A DNA stretch of 64,000 bases from Bispira polyomma (taxonomy: Eukaryota), in contig OZ287751.1 of NCBI GenBank assembly GCA_965649765.1, positions 83,390,001 to 83,454,000 of the forward strand, in the 5' to 3' direction. This document shows positions 12,541 through 25,460 of this stretch, piece by piece; the first letter of the stretch is position 1, and the number at the start of each line of letters is the position of its first letter. The position numbers and the translations under genes are program-made. The notes under the pieces are model-generated. The model ran no database searches, was not told where the DNA came from, and was given only the letters and a program-made list of their open reading frames with translations.

Positions 12541-15500
12541 AAAAATATGACATTAACATTTCTGGTGGTTTTCTTTATACACAGAAAGATTCTAAACATA
12601 GGGGATACACTGACCCCAGTAGCCAGATCATGTCTTCAGTGAAAATCCCTAAGGTCTGTATTGTTATTAATTGATATCTTACTGGATTATAGCTTAGAGG
12701 AAACTATTATTGGTGTTCAATGAGAGCACCCTATAAACATAGGAATATATCTCAACATGGAACCTCTGGCTACACTGGTAGACATAATCTGATGAACACA
12801 TTAACAAAGAACTTGCAAATGGGTTATTACAAAAAATAACATTTTATGATGAATTATTTTGTGTTATGTTGTATTTTTCATTTTTAACGCACCTTATTGA
12901 TGTGGGGCATCTTCTAAAGCGAACAATTGTAATTACAATTAGATTTTTTTTGCGCTTAATCTCCCCTTAACAAAGGGGACTCTAAGGCGCACCAGCACAA
13001 AAGACAGTTATCCAATTGCCAAAATCAATGGACAGAAAAAAGGGTCAGCAACGTAGACAACGTAGCAACGTAGCAACGTAACAACGTAACAAAAGACTCA
13101 ATTAAGTATTGAGAAGTAAAAAAAAACATAGCTAATTTTGAATTTTGGTTAGGGGCACTTTAACACCATGGCGGAGGTATGCGCTCTACTGGGTGGAAAA
13201 AAGAAGACTGGCCACTGTATTATGATTTCCACAAAACCTGGCCGTCGCAAAATGACCAAAACTGTTGATGGAATCATTGGGTATGAATCAAGGGAGATTT
13301 CATCCTAAAAAAAAGTAGATATAGGCAGTTTGATCGAATACAATATTTATTTAAATTTTGTTGACGGAGGTATGGGCTGAGTTCACTGCTAGTGTATATA
13401 TGCTTGTGTTTGATGCCAGCTACTATTCCTGCTGTGTCAGGCAGACCTGTTTGTTTATTGTTGTTTGTCTAGTGCTTTGCCAGAAGAAGTTGTCATACAG
13501 TGTTTTTGTTATGTGCCAAAACTAACACCAAGGAATGCTTTACATCTGACCTAACTCTACTGCACCTTTTGTGAATAGAAGAAAGAATAGCACGGAAAGA
13601 CCAGACCACCAGAAAAAAGTCACATCAAAGACCTCAGGGAGAGTTCCAAAATGAACCATTCCTGCAGACAAGGGTAGCAAAGTCCTATAGCAAAAAAATA
13701 CCAATCTATTTGTCTATAGTATATTTTACTACAGTTTTCTACAGACGGACGTTACAGTGAGTGCTGTACCTATATTAATCTTAGAGGTTATAAAATATCA
13801 AACTTATGATTAAACTTAAATAAAACATATTGTAGGTTTCTTTATGAATGGGAATAGACCCAGACAGGTTACCATCCATTTTAAAAGGAGCTTTCAGTAG
13901 TGAGAAAGTCAAATATGTAGTCAGAATATTTTACATTTATTTTCTGCAGTAGAAATGCAGGCAAGGAAATAGTCAAGTGTTCCACATTATGGTATTGCAT
14001 ATTATTGTATTGTGCATTTTCATTGCAACTTTTTGATGTCAGTCGCCGTATTAAGCACAACATCACAAATGATAAACTGTTAACTGATTATTTAAATACC
14101 CCGTCAATTTGGTAGGTGAGGATATGTTAAAATCTTGCTTAAAGATGTTATTCCCCCCTATGGCCATCAGGGTGTTATCAGTTGTCGAACCGGTGACTTT
14201 CTGATCATCAGACTAACTCCCTAATCACTTGGTCACGGAAAGCTGCACATAGTTTTACATAAAATATAGCTGCAGTAAAACTTGTAATGTAACATAACAA
14301 CTCTTGAATACCAATTTTATGGGACAAGATAGCTATTCTTGTGCTTTAATTTCCCAGTTGAAAGTCTATCCATTTAGGCATATATAAGAAAACATCTGAG
14401 ATAGTAAATAAGAAACACTTGCTGCTAACAACACTTTTCTCCTCAGGAGTAGTTGAATGAAGGATTGGCTGAACTAAAGCTGACTGATAGCCAGAGTTTT
14501 GTAACTGTCCATCTCCTGCAACCCGCCTATAGATCTCCTACACTTTACCTAGATTTTGTACACACATATCTTGTACCTTGTCTGAATGGCTACATAATAG
14601 TCTTTTTAATACCACATCTGGCGCTGATTTATGTTATCTGTGATAAATCTAAGAGAAAATATGTTGTAAATAGCAGAACTGTGGTAAAATTCAGCTCACC
14701 TTTCTATTATTTCTATTAATATTCTTTTAAAAGATGCTCACTGCATTATCTGGTGTTTGCTAAGCGCCTCAACAATGACCTGGCAAGGAATTAGGACTAT
14801 GCACATATTGCACTTTGGACGATACCTTGGAATGTAAAATAGTAGCCATTTTAATCGTCTCCAATGTGGTTCTCTTAATTATATAGTGTATATAGTAAGT
14901 AAGATATTGACTCTATTATTGTAGCTGTCACTGCATGTCTAACATTAAAAGCCATACCTTTTTGTGAATAACTAATTGGGCAAAATACATGATTGCAATA
15001 AGATCATTCAGTTGATTCCAAACCTCCGACATGAAAACCTTTCAGTCCAATGGTGGTATGAAAAGTTATAAGTTAATAAGTAAGTTTATTATAAGACAGT
15101 AAAAGATTGCATTTGAGGTTTTTATTTACATGTTAGCTTATGTACAGGTTGACAATCAAAGTCAGTTAAAATTTCAGGATGGAATTTTAAGCCCCATCAC
15201 GGCTACCATAAAATACAGCCGGGTCAAAAATAAAAACCCATAACAAAGCTAATAATAAGCTAAGAGACAATCACAAATATAAAGAATAGTGTAAACCCCT
15301 CAGTCACACCAGACTTTGGATTAGAACCAATAAAATAACCTCAAAAGAGGAAAATACATTTAAATACATTGATTACTATAAACATGACTATCATTAACAT
15401 CACCTTCAACTAGTTCATTGTGTAAATAATGTACTGTAATATACAACAAAGTTACTTTTGGTGACTAAGATACTAAGAACAATTTCAGGGGATAAACTTC

Positions 15501-15812
15501 CCTGTTTACTGTAAATTCTGACATGTATTTGTGATACATGGATACTAATTGACGCTAGGTGATCGTGTACAAAAAGGTGCGCTTGTGGGGACCACACGTG
15601 TACCCAAGTTATCGTCATTGTGTCTAAATTGGTACGTTGTGTTACTTATTCAACAAATGGTATTAACTAGCTCAGTAAGCGTCCCTTGGATCGTTAACTT
15701 GAGTCATATGAAGCTGACCACTCTAATGTCGCGTATGTTATAACCCCATATGAGTCAATGTTCAACTGTGCTTATAAATTGAAAATAAGTCCATGCAAGA
15801 GAGAACATGCAA

Positions 15813-16343
15813 TGTAGTAACAGCAGGACCCCGGGCCTTGGACACCAACCGCCTAGCAGGGTGAAGTCCAACCTCTCAGAGCCCCTTATTCCACTCTGGA
15901 ACCCCAGTGGTGAACTCAGAGGAGGGAGTAAGAAGGAAGGACCCCAGACCCACACGGCCCGGAGCCCGGCCGCCACGTTGCCGTCAAACCTGCCTGGATA
16001 ACCTTATGCATCAGAGAACCTTAAAATTTCTATAAATCCTTAATAACGCTGTGGTAAGGGGAGGTGGTGGGTTTCAGTTTTTCTAAATATCCTGTTCACA
16101 GGTGAAAACACAAATTCAATATGGAGGATAGCTATCCTAGCTTAGGGGTCACTAATAGCTAATGCTGTGATTGGACAAGGCCCAGATGGACAGAAAGTTG
16201 GATAATGCTATTGCATTCGCTAGGGATTAAGGTAGTGTGATAGAAAAAGGAGGTTGGACTGAACTAGCAGTCCCCTAGGGTGGACTTGCTATGCAAACAG
16301 AGGTTCCTATTGGGATTAAAATATGGTCTCTGCTTTAGCTACA
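15813..16343 (+). mobile_element. Candidate solo LTR
   Basis: TGTAG...CTACA inverted ends, GC-rich 5' half, TATAAA at ~16031 and ATTAAA ~25 nt before the end. No target-site duplication visible. Confidence 0.35.
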
Positions 16344-16369
16344 GACCGAGACTTCTCTCGGCCATGTGA

Positions 16370-17620
16370 TTTATTTATTTTTTTTATTTTTTTTGTACAA
16401 AGTATCACAGAACAGTACTTACAAAATGACAAAATGGAGCAGACATTACATAATTACACAACATTTACAGTAAAAAAAAAAAAACATGTTTAGACTGGTA
16501 CAGTTATTATACACACAATTTTTTTTTTCACAATATAAAAGTCAAAATTATCATTTGTGTTATTTGTGGCTAGCTCGAAATGATAATTTTTTTTGCTTTT
16601 TTTTTTTTATTATTTCAAGCTTTGAATTACTTGATTCAAAAATTTTATCTTGTTTTCCTTTTTCCTTTCTGTACATAATTTTCCTGGTGTCTAAAATATT
16701 TTATTAATTAGATTTCATTGCTTATGGAATATTTCATACGTTTGTTCTAGTCTGGCAACACATTCCTGTTCTAAATAAATTTTATGTAGGTATTTAATGG
16801 AATTTTGTACACTTAATTGGCTAGTAGACTTTGACGTCTAAAATATGTAAACTTTTGCGGCAATATAAACAATGTTTAATAAAATGTTTAAACTTTGTGA
16901 AAACATCCCAAAAATGATATATTTTCCATTTATTGGGAAATCAATTTCAAGACTGACCTTTATTAAAGTTTCAATATCTCCCCCAAACTTTTTAACCTTT
17001 TCACATTTGTACAAAGTGCGATATTTTGACCATGTGAGGTAGTTGTCTTTAACTGTTTTAAAGCAGATTTTATATATATTTTTCCAGTCTGCACTAGTTG
17101 AAGTTATTCCAAGATTGTCCTCCCAGTATGAGTAGAATAACTAATCAGGGCTCTTTGAATCTATCAGAATTTTGTAGAAATCTTTACTGTCCCTGTTTGA
17201 CTTGTACAGAAGTCTAAAATTATTCGGAAAGTTGGGTTTTACGTTTTCTGAACGAAGTAGCTTCAATTTTGCTAGATAACCTTGTATACATGTTATCACT
17301 CTATGATATTCCAAGAAGTTAGTTTTAATGCCATATATACTCTGTAGTATTTCCTGTGAGATAAAGTCGCCATTATTATACATCAGATCACTGGGAGTTA
17401 AAATGCCCCTTTTATACCAATGCGGTAAATAAAGTTCGGCCTTTGAAATATTTGGGTTATACCAAAGAGAATCAGCTGAAGCAGCAGTGATGTCCTTAAT
17501 TTTTATATTTGATTAGACATTACTCCATGCACTCAAAACCTCAGACTAAAATTTGTTCTTGCATTTCTTTAAAATATTATTCGGCCATGTAATTACCTCT
17601 CCTTGGCAGAGGTAATAAAA
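16370..17620 (-). mobile_element. 3' fragment of a Tx1/L1-group LINE with poly(A) tail
   Basis: Minus-strand peptides LWYNPNI..LYLPHWYKRGI, TNFLEYHRV, WKNIYKICFK, KVKKFWGDIE and IAAKVYIF, typical of the ORF2 C-terminus. A-rich tail (T-rich on +) at 16370-16394. Confidence 0.75.
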
Positions 17621-18133
17621 CCTTGCTTCAATGAACTTGCATCTTGTATAACTGTATAATCTTGCTTAATTTTGGGGTCTCACTTTTTAAAGGTACTAGT
17701 GTTTAAAGACAGTCACACAAATTTCCTTGTTTCAAGAAGTTAATAAAAGAAAGTCACGACCAGAAAAAGGTCACGTAGCTGCATGCCAATATTACTTTGT
17801 CATATCTTAATGCGCAGCAGAAAAAGAGTGAAAATTACTGCAGCAGACGACAATTATCTTCACTTTTCCCGCCCAATTCATCATTGTCTCTTCAGCCTAT
17901 TGTTCCTAATGTGGCAGTGTGTGCTTGGTTATGAGAAACTCCTACATCTGTAGATGGTCATATCAGGTATTCAAGGACAGTACAATTTATGGAAATAATT
18001 CACTTCCCAAGGTAAAATTTTTAACACTGCTGAAGCCAAAAAAATGACGACATCACACCGGTTAAAGAAAACAGTGTTTGGATTTTATGTGTAGAATAAC
18101 ATTCGTTTGGGTTTAACATCGCTTTAAACACTA

Positions 18134-18599
18134 AGCCTACGCTTCCTTTCAGCACATTCCGACGTCGGCCGATTTGGTACGTATGTCCGATCCGTCGTCG
18201 GCCGATGTAACGCTTCCTTTTATTAGATATTTACCCCTCTGTAAACTAAAACATCTAAGTCGTTTCTCAACTAATTTTATTCTTCTACTGTGAAATATAC
18301 GTCACAGATTCGTCATAATGACGTTAGTTTTTCTACGTCACAACTCACACGTAATAAAGTAAAAATGGGCAACCCTCTATAACCTTAAATATCTGAGCCG
18401 TTTGTCAACGAATTTTGATGACAAAAAAAAGCACAGTAATCACAATAAAAAAAGCTTTGTCATGCTATTTTCATTCAAAGTCAACATCCGACGAATATTG
18501 AGTGTATATCTGATGAAAGGAAGCGCTACATCGGCCGACGTCTGATCGGACATACCCAAATCGGCCGACGTCAGAATGAGCTGAAAGGAAGCGTAGGCT
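18134..18599. mobile_element. MITE with ~95-bp terminal inverted repeats, flanked by TA
   Basis: AGCCTACGCTTCCTTTCAGC...GACGTCGGCCGATTTGG at the left is mirrored at the right (...GCTGAAAGGAAGCGTAGGCT). TA at 18132-18133 and 18600-18601. Inserted into a SINE. Confidence 0.9.
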
Positions 18600-21500
18600 T
18601 ATTTTGTCATATAAAGATGGGTGAATGAAAGGAACTCAGAACAGTGTAGTTCGTCAAGGTTTTCTGCTCTGCAAATCACCAGCCCCAAGCAAGTCCACTG
18701 TCAGCTTTCACATATAAATGCTATGACTCAAACAACATTAACATGCATGTCATGAACATGTATGGTCATATTAAAAATTATGAAGCTCAACTCCTCCACT
18801 CAAATTTAAGTCCTCATATCAATGGATAGTATGCAATTAAGTGAAATCTGATCACAAATTTGAAGTCAGCATTGAAGGCTATTTATAAAATGTATGCCAA
18901 CAAATTATCAATTATTCTTTTACAGAGGTATATCCACATGGGCTTTTTTGGGCTAAGTCTGAGCTTGCATTTCCTTAGACTCCATCTTTACCTTATCTTT
19001 TAAAGTGTAATTAAATTGATACTTGGTCTTAATATATTATATTCTACCATATTATTAGAAATGCCATATCTTGTAAAATGGTAATCGTTGATGACTGTAA
19101 CCTAGTGGTAATTTATGAAGTTGGTCCGGTAATCGCTAGCTTGGATTGCATCATGGTTATTTGGGAGATATCCCTTGCCTACCAAATATTGACGACCGAT
19201 GTCATGCCATTGCCTACTGTGGCCGTATTCACAAATATTCTTAAAATGCGATTCTTTCAATTTTCTCAGTCTCAGCAACTCAAATCCTTAGAATAGCATT
19301 TTCCAGCCAATTAAATTGCTTAAAATAAAATTTTTAAATTACAAATCTTTGTGACTACCATCTCAGATGACAAGCGATGCTATGTTGTAAGACCATCCAT
19401 TTGATAGGGCACTTTAAAAATCTATAAATACAATCCACTATACAATACAATAATAGATATATTCTTGAATTGGTTTTGTTGGATAAAAAAAAAATATGGG
19501 GGAATAGGAAAAATAATAAGCAAATTACTTAAACCAATATTTCACGTTGGGTTGCTGACAAATTTTAAAAACAAATGCGTCAATATAACATTAAGAATCA
19601 CAAAGCTAACTATATATATCCGATGATGTCTTTTTAAAGTAATAATTATCGTGCAGAAAAGTGAATGGACATGATATTGACTTTATCACATACCATTTTG
19701 GGGGAACAAAAAGATAGAGCTTTAGAAAAAAAATTGGTCCTGGTGAAATATTGTGTGATTCGTTGATGAAAACAAACTTTTCCTGTTAGATAAAGTGTTA
19801 TGTGACTTGGTCTCAACAAATTTCTCTCAAGATTTCCTTTTTAACCAAACACTCTTGGATGGATTGAAAGGAAATGGGCCGAGGGGGAGAGGGGGCGGGG
19901 GAGATGTCAACATCTGATTCATCAGCTTCTAAAATGACATTTCCTGATAATTCCATTATGACTCTAAAGGGTTTATTCAGTGCAGTTTAATCAACAACAT
20001 GTAGGGCAATATTTACTGTTAAGTTCCCGACATGTGATTTATTAGATCTGTAAAACACACGTCCATATTCATATCTGTTTCCTTACTAAAAAATCTCAAA
20101 ATGTTTCTATTATTTTTTCAACCATTTTCTTGATGACACAAATTTACTTACATTTTTCAAGCTCAAATATGTTAATGGCAATATAAACTGATATTGGTAA
20201 CGAAACTGAGCAGATAATGATGGAGAGATATAGATACAGAGAACACCTAATACTTTGAATTCTTATTAACCCAACCAAGAAGCTTATCTTTTTTTTTCTG
20301 GTGTCCATTGTTACTGTTTTCACTCTGAAAAGGGTGCAACCGTGGAAATACTATGTAAAGGCCTTCTTGGATTGGTTGGAAGCAATCGCCCCGGTCAAAT
20401 TGAGGGGTGTCAGATTAATATTTCTTATACTGTGCACCTAAATTTAAAAAAAAGAAGATAATTCTTGCTTGTGCCCTACTGAACCAATTTAGAAGTGGGT
20501 CAGGAGATGAGCATTGTCTAAGAAAGAATTGATTGAATTGCTTTTTGAGTGGATCCAGGCACAAGAATACCCAGGAATTATTTTCACTGTTTTATTTTGG
20601 CACTGTGGTGTCTTGGCAGAGGTATGCATTCTACAGCATGCTCTTCTTGTTTATGAATCCAATTACTACAACATTTATTGAAATGGTTCCAAGGCTGTTT
20701 TCCCCCATTTGTCATAACAATGGTTACTAATATATATAATATATATGTATATATATTACAAGTTGCAATAGCATATTATGAGCTCCTTACTTATTACAGT
20801 GTTAGAATTTCACTGAAAGGATTTGAGTTCCCTAAACATTCCGACCAGTTCATTTGCCTTTGCTGCTGTGGATATTTTTACACAGATTGCCTTTTGGTAA
20901 TGGCTATGTCTTTAATACACTGTGCCTACTATATACTTAAAGCAATAGAACCCGCTATATTCTATCCAGGCCTACATTATTTTCTATTTAAAGAGCAGAG
21001 TTCCTTTATTTAAGTAGTCAGCATTTCAGAAGCAGGGCCGAGAGTGCAACTTAGCTAACTATTACATTTCTGTAACTCTTGCAGGTGCACATATCTTACA
21101 CTTCTTTTTGTTGAATGTTTGAAAGTGTGCAGTTGGTAACCAATATATTCATGCAAACAAAAAAAAAAGAAGAGAAACTGTCATATTGAAGTCTTATCAT
21201 ACACCTCCAACAAAACTTTGAGCAATGGAGCAGATCAGAATTTGTGTATATTTACACTGATGCCCCCCCTCCCTTCCAATCACCCCGCCTCATCACCCCG
21301 CCTCTTGGACTAGTCTTTATGACCTCACAGTTATTATTACACTGTGAGCAGTATAAATGTTGAAATCAAGCCACTTAGATAATTGCATTAGTGCATGATT
21401 ATCAGAAGATTGGTTTTATTTATTTTATTTGCCGCCACCCCTACTGAGTAGCATTTATATCTGTGTCTGTATATCTTACCCATGGAGTATGGACTGGAAT

Positions 21501-24500
21501 TGTGTTTGTGTGCGAAGGGAAGTTTACAGAAAGGCAAGAGGTAGAAAAAGAGAATATGGGAGAAGCATTGCTGCAAAACAATTCCAAACATATTTTGACG
21601 TTATTATAGTTGCGTCATCAGCATATCCTGATATTTCTTATGAACAGCATCAGTATAAGGTTTCTCGATGACAGAAGTATTTTATTTATTTATCTATCAT
21701 ACACAATGGTTTCAATATACATGTACACAATTATGACATTTGTAGAGAAAAAATATATAAATAAGATACATTACTACCATACACTATGTTACTGCATGCT
21801 AGCATTACTTAAGTTACATTCAAAACATACTTTTTCATATTCATTGTATCATCAGCATCTATTGGTATATTTTTATCGTCATCATACTTTAAGTTTCCCC
21901 CATGCAAATTGGGAAATAACTATCTTTTTTTTATTTGCTGAACTTACTTTTTATAAAAACTTATTTTGCTCAAATAGTCATATAGTGATGTCACCAAGCA
22001 ACCAAAGGATTCGTTATAATTTGGAAAGCATCTGTAATAATTCTTGTTCAGATAAACATCATTGTTAATTACTTAAACAAAAAAGCCCACCACCACCAGT
22101 CTTTGAGGCCAAGCTTACAGATGCCATACAAACTTAATGACAGGTAATAGATGGTTTAACTGTGACTAGTGGGGTTTAATACACAAGTATTGGGGGTAGG
22201 CCCCTGTGTTAGGTTACACAGATAATTACAAACAGTGGGCGTTGTTATGTAGTTTGAAGCCTTAGACGTCTGTCTGGTTAAATCCTCTTTTTTTGGGGGT
22301 AAAGCGCTGAAGTGAAGGCATATAACCACTAGGTGGATGTGTTCACCTGTTTCTGTGTTAGTGTTAGAAAAATACTTCAATCCAATTAAAAGTGCTTTCG
22401 GCAGAGTCTGGGAATTGCAAAACCTTTATGAAGCTGAGTGTACAACTAATCAGTCTTTAATTAGTGCAAAGATCTTCCGGCATATGCAAACACCTTTAAC
22501 TATTTTTTAATGAAAAGAGTTTCCCCGGGTTACTTTTATTTTATGGTATAAATTTGACATGGTTTATGCTATGTAAATACCCCTAGACTATGTGCATCCC
22601 ACTCATTCATGGGTTCCTTTAAATTATTGAGTAATATGTTTAGAATAACATGTCAAAATATGTAAAGGACTAGTAGATTAGGCATCAGCCAAGTTGTAAC
22701 AAAAAACCGGAACAAGCATAGATTTGTTTATATTTTATTCTTGCAATAGAAAAATAAAACAACCTTTTGTTTTAGTCATTATCAACCTTAACCAGTACCA
22801 AAAAACCAGAGACTTTTATTCTAAATGTAACAATATGCAGATGACACAAATATTTCTTTCTTCCTTACTGTAAAAAATGAACTATATATATTTCAAAGTA
22901 GGTCAAAATTCAAATGCAGTCACCAGAGGAAGTTATTCAAATGATGTTATCTCTGACAACTAATTGACAGTTGCATTGGACCCATCTGGATCGTCATCAT
23001 CTTCCAGTTATTGTTAATACCCCGACAGAACCAGCTCAGACTACTTAATATAACTAGCCCAGTGACTGGTATTAGCTGAGAATATAAATTCATGTCATGA
23101 CTGGCATATCCCATATGTCAAAGCTAATCTCTTTAAACTGGTATCTCTATGTTTATTGCTTGTTCATTTTTCAGCAAAGACAGGCTAAATTGTCTTTATG
23201 TCCTCTTTGGGGACAGGAATGATCTATATGCTATTGTTACCAAGAACAATCCTAGATTCCCCAAACTTTAGCACCCTGGATAAACTTCTGACTTCATATT
23301 GCTGATTATATCGGTTTTTTATGGCAGGTTATCGTCAGGGTATGACCGGCTTTATATCTCTCGAATGGCTTGTCCAGGTCTTTGTATTTGTTCTATCTTC
23401 TTTTATCTATCCAGAAATGTCAGTTTTATGACATGACATACTTTTTGTGCATGTCATCATGGCTTTGGCTTTTCAGTGTCTTATTTTTAGGAGTGTGACA
23501 CATTTTTTTAGTTATCGCAATTTTCTTGAATTGAGGGTAGCCTTGTGAAGAGATGCTTATTGAGGACATATGTTACACTCCCGATTATCCAACTGATGTT
23601 TATCCAAAAATCTGGACAATCTAAAATTTCCGTTTATCTAAAATTCCCATTTATCACGACTAATTGTAGGTCACTAATCACATTCAGAGAATCATGGGTC
23701 AACTGTACTACCTTATATTGAACTGTATTTTTTGTCGACTAAGTCAAATTTTTAAAACTTTGCTACTTATGTAATGTGCAACAGGATAGTCTCATCTAAT
23801 TCTGACCTTTGGCCTTTATTGTTATGACCTAGACATTAAAACCTTGTAAGCACACTATTTACTACATTGGCTGTGGCAATACAAATAGGTTTAATGCTAT
23901 TTTATTCCTAATGCTTTTCATATTGCTGGGTAATGTTATATATGTTATATATGAATGTCTTTATGTAGTTTGTTCACTAGTGCTTTACTTTATTGCTGGG
24001 TAATGTTGCATACGGTTACATTTATGAATACATAACTCTAGAAGATAACATCCATTTAGCTAGTTGTTCAGTAGTGTAGTAACCATTCTACCTTAATGTT
24101 ACAGTCATAGTCTATACTATATGGCTTTGGTGATACAACATGTTCACTGCATATTTATTGTTAATGTCTTCCTTATTGCTTGGAAATATAATGCTGCCTT
24201 GAAATTAAAAGTGTATATGAATACCTTTATGTTGACATAGCTCTTGAGTATCACAGCATTATAACCAGTTTTTATTTTCAGTTGTGAACTGACCATTCTG
24301 CCTCAATATTTACAGCTATAGTCTATATTATGGCTGGTCTTTTGTATGCAAAGCTATAGAGCACAATAACATTTAGGTAGCTGTTCAGCTGTGTAGTGAC
24401 CAGTCTACCATATTACAGCTGTGCTTGCTTACAGTCCACAACAAACCGCTGACAACATAGTATTCATGGCAATTAATCCCGGCAATTACTGCAACAACAT

Positions 24501-25314
24501 GGAAACAAAAGGGAACGGCCTCAATGGAACTCCCTTTGTTTGTTACTGACAGTTGTCTGGGAGGTTTACTCAAGTTTTAGATTTGACCTATAGATTAAAA
24601 ACTATTTTCAGGCAAATCTATTTATTTTAGGTTAATATATTCATGCAAAATTTGACACTCAACATATTTATGAATACTTTAAATTATGTGAGTAGTTTTA
24701 ACTAAGAATCCAAAAGTTTTCTTAGAATAATTTGTTACTACCTGTGCTAATGCAATGTAATGAAAACATATGTTTGGTTAGTGAAAATTAATTCTCCAAT
24801 TAAAATTCTTACAACAAATTGCCAATAACAATTTATTCTTGTGAATTTCTTAAAAAATGTAAATTCTTTAACTTTAAAAAAATAGACTTGTATACATTAC
24901 ATGTCTCAGCAAACCCAGCAGTTAAGATCATCTTAAATTGAAGGTAGCTGGTTTGGGCCACAAAGAGCAGTAAAACTCCCTGTAAAAATGAGCTGTCTAG
25001 ATCTCCAGTTGAATGAAGTCATCTCATCTCCAGTGAAGCAGCTACCCATATCACAGGCAAATCCTCAAGTGGGCCGACATCTGAGCTCAGATATAGCCAC
25101 CAAAAAAGATGACAGGCCCCCAAAATGAAACCTTAAGTAAGACTTAAACTTGTGTAATTATATCTTTCTATGGATAATAATACTAAAGCTTGTTAATTGT
25201 CTTAATTTTTTTCTTCATTTAATAAATAACAAATTGTTTCTCTCTTACATACTGCTTTCTGTATTAAGTATAATTATTGCCTGGTTATATATTCATTCTT
25301 TCATCTAGGGGGAA

Positions 25315-25460
25315 CCTCGGTGGTGTAGTGCTAACACACAGACCTCCCACGCATCTGCCGTGGTGGATGGGAATCTCATCGCTGATGTGTATGTGGGGAA
25401 AGTTGGCAGTAGACTTGCTGAAGACCTGTGGTTTACAGAGTAGAAAACCTTATTAAACTC
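25315..25460 (+). mobile_element. tRNA-derived SINE, 3' truncated
   Basis: GGTGGTGTAGTG head and GTGGGGAAAGTTGGCAGTAGACTTGCTGAAG body. Confidence 0.65.

Noticed and set aside
16335-16370. U2 snRNA fragment as target of the Tx1-like LINE
   Set aside because: Only loose similarity to the reverse complement of the U2 5' end; too many mismatches.
21610-22068. 152-aa ORF and similar AT-rich ORFs (43950, 20678, 39386)
   Set aside because: Low-complexity composition, often non-ATG starts, no motifs; expected by chance in intronic DNA.
22920-23470. Decayed coding-like minus-strand stretch (EISFDIWD, Roc/GTPase-like)
   Set aside because: A single short motif among stops and frameshifts; chance is likely.
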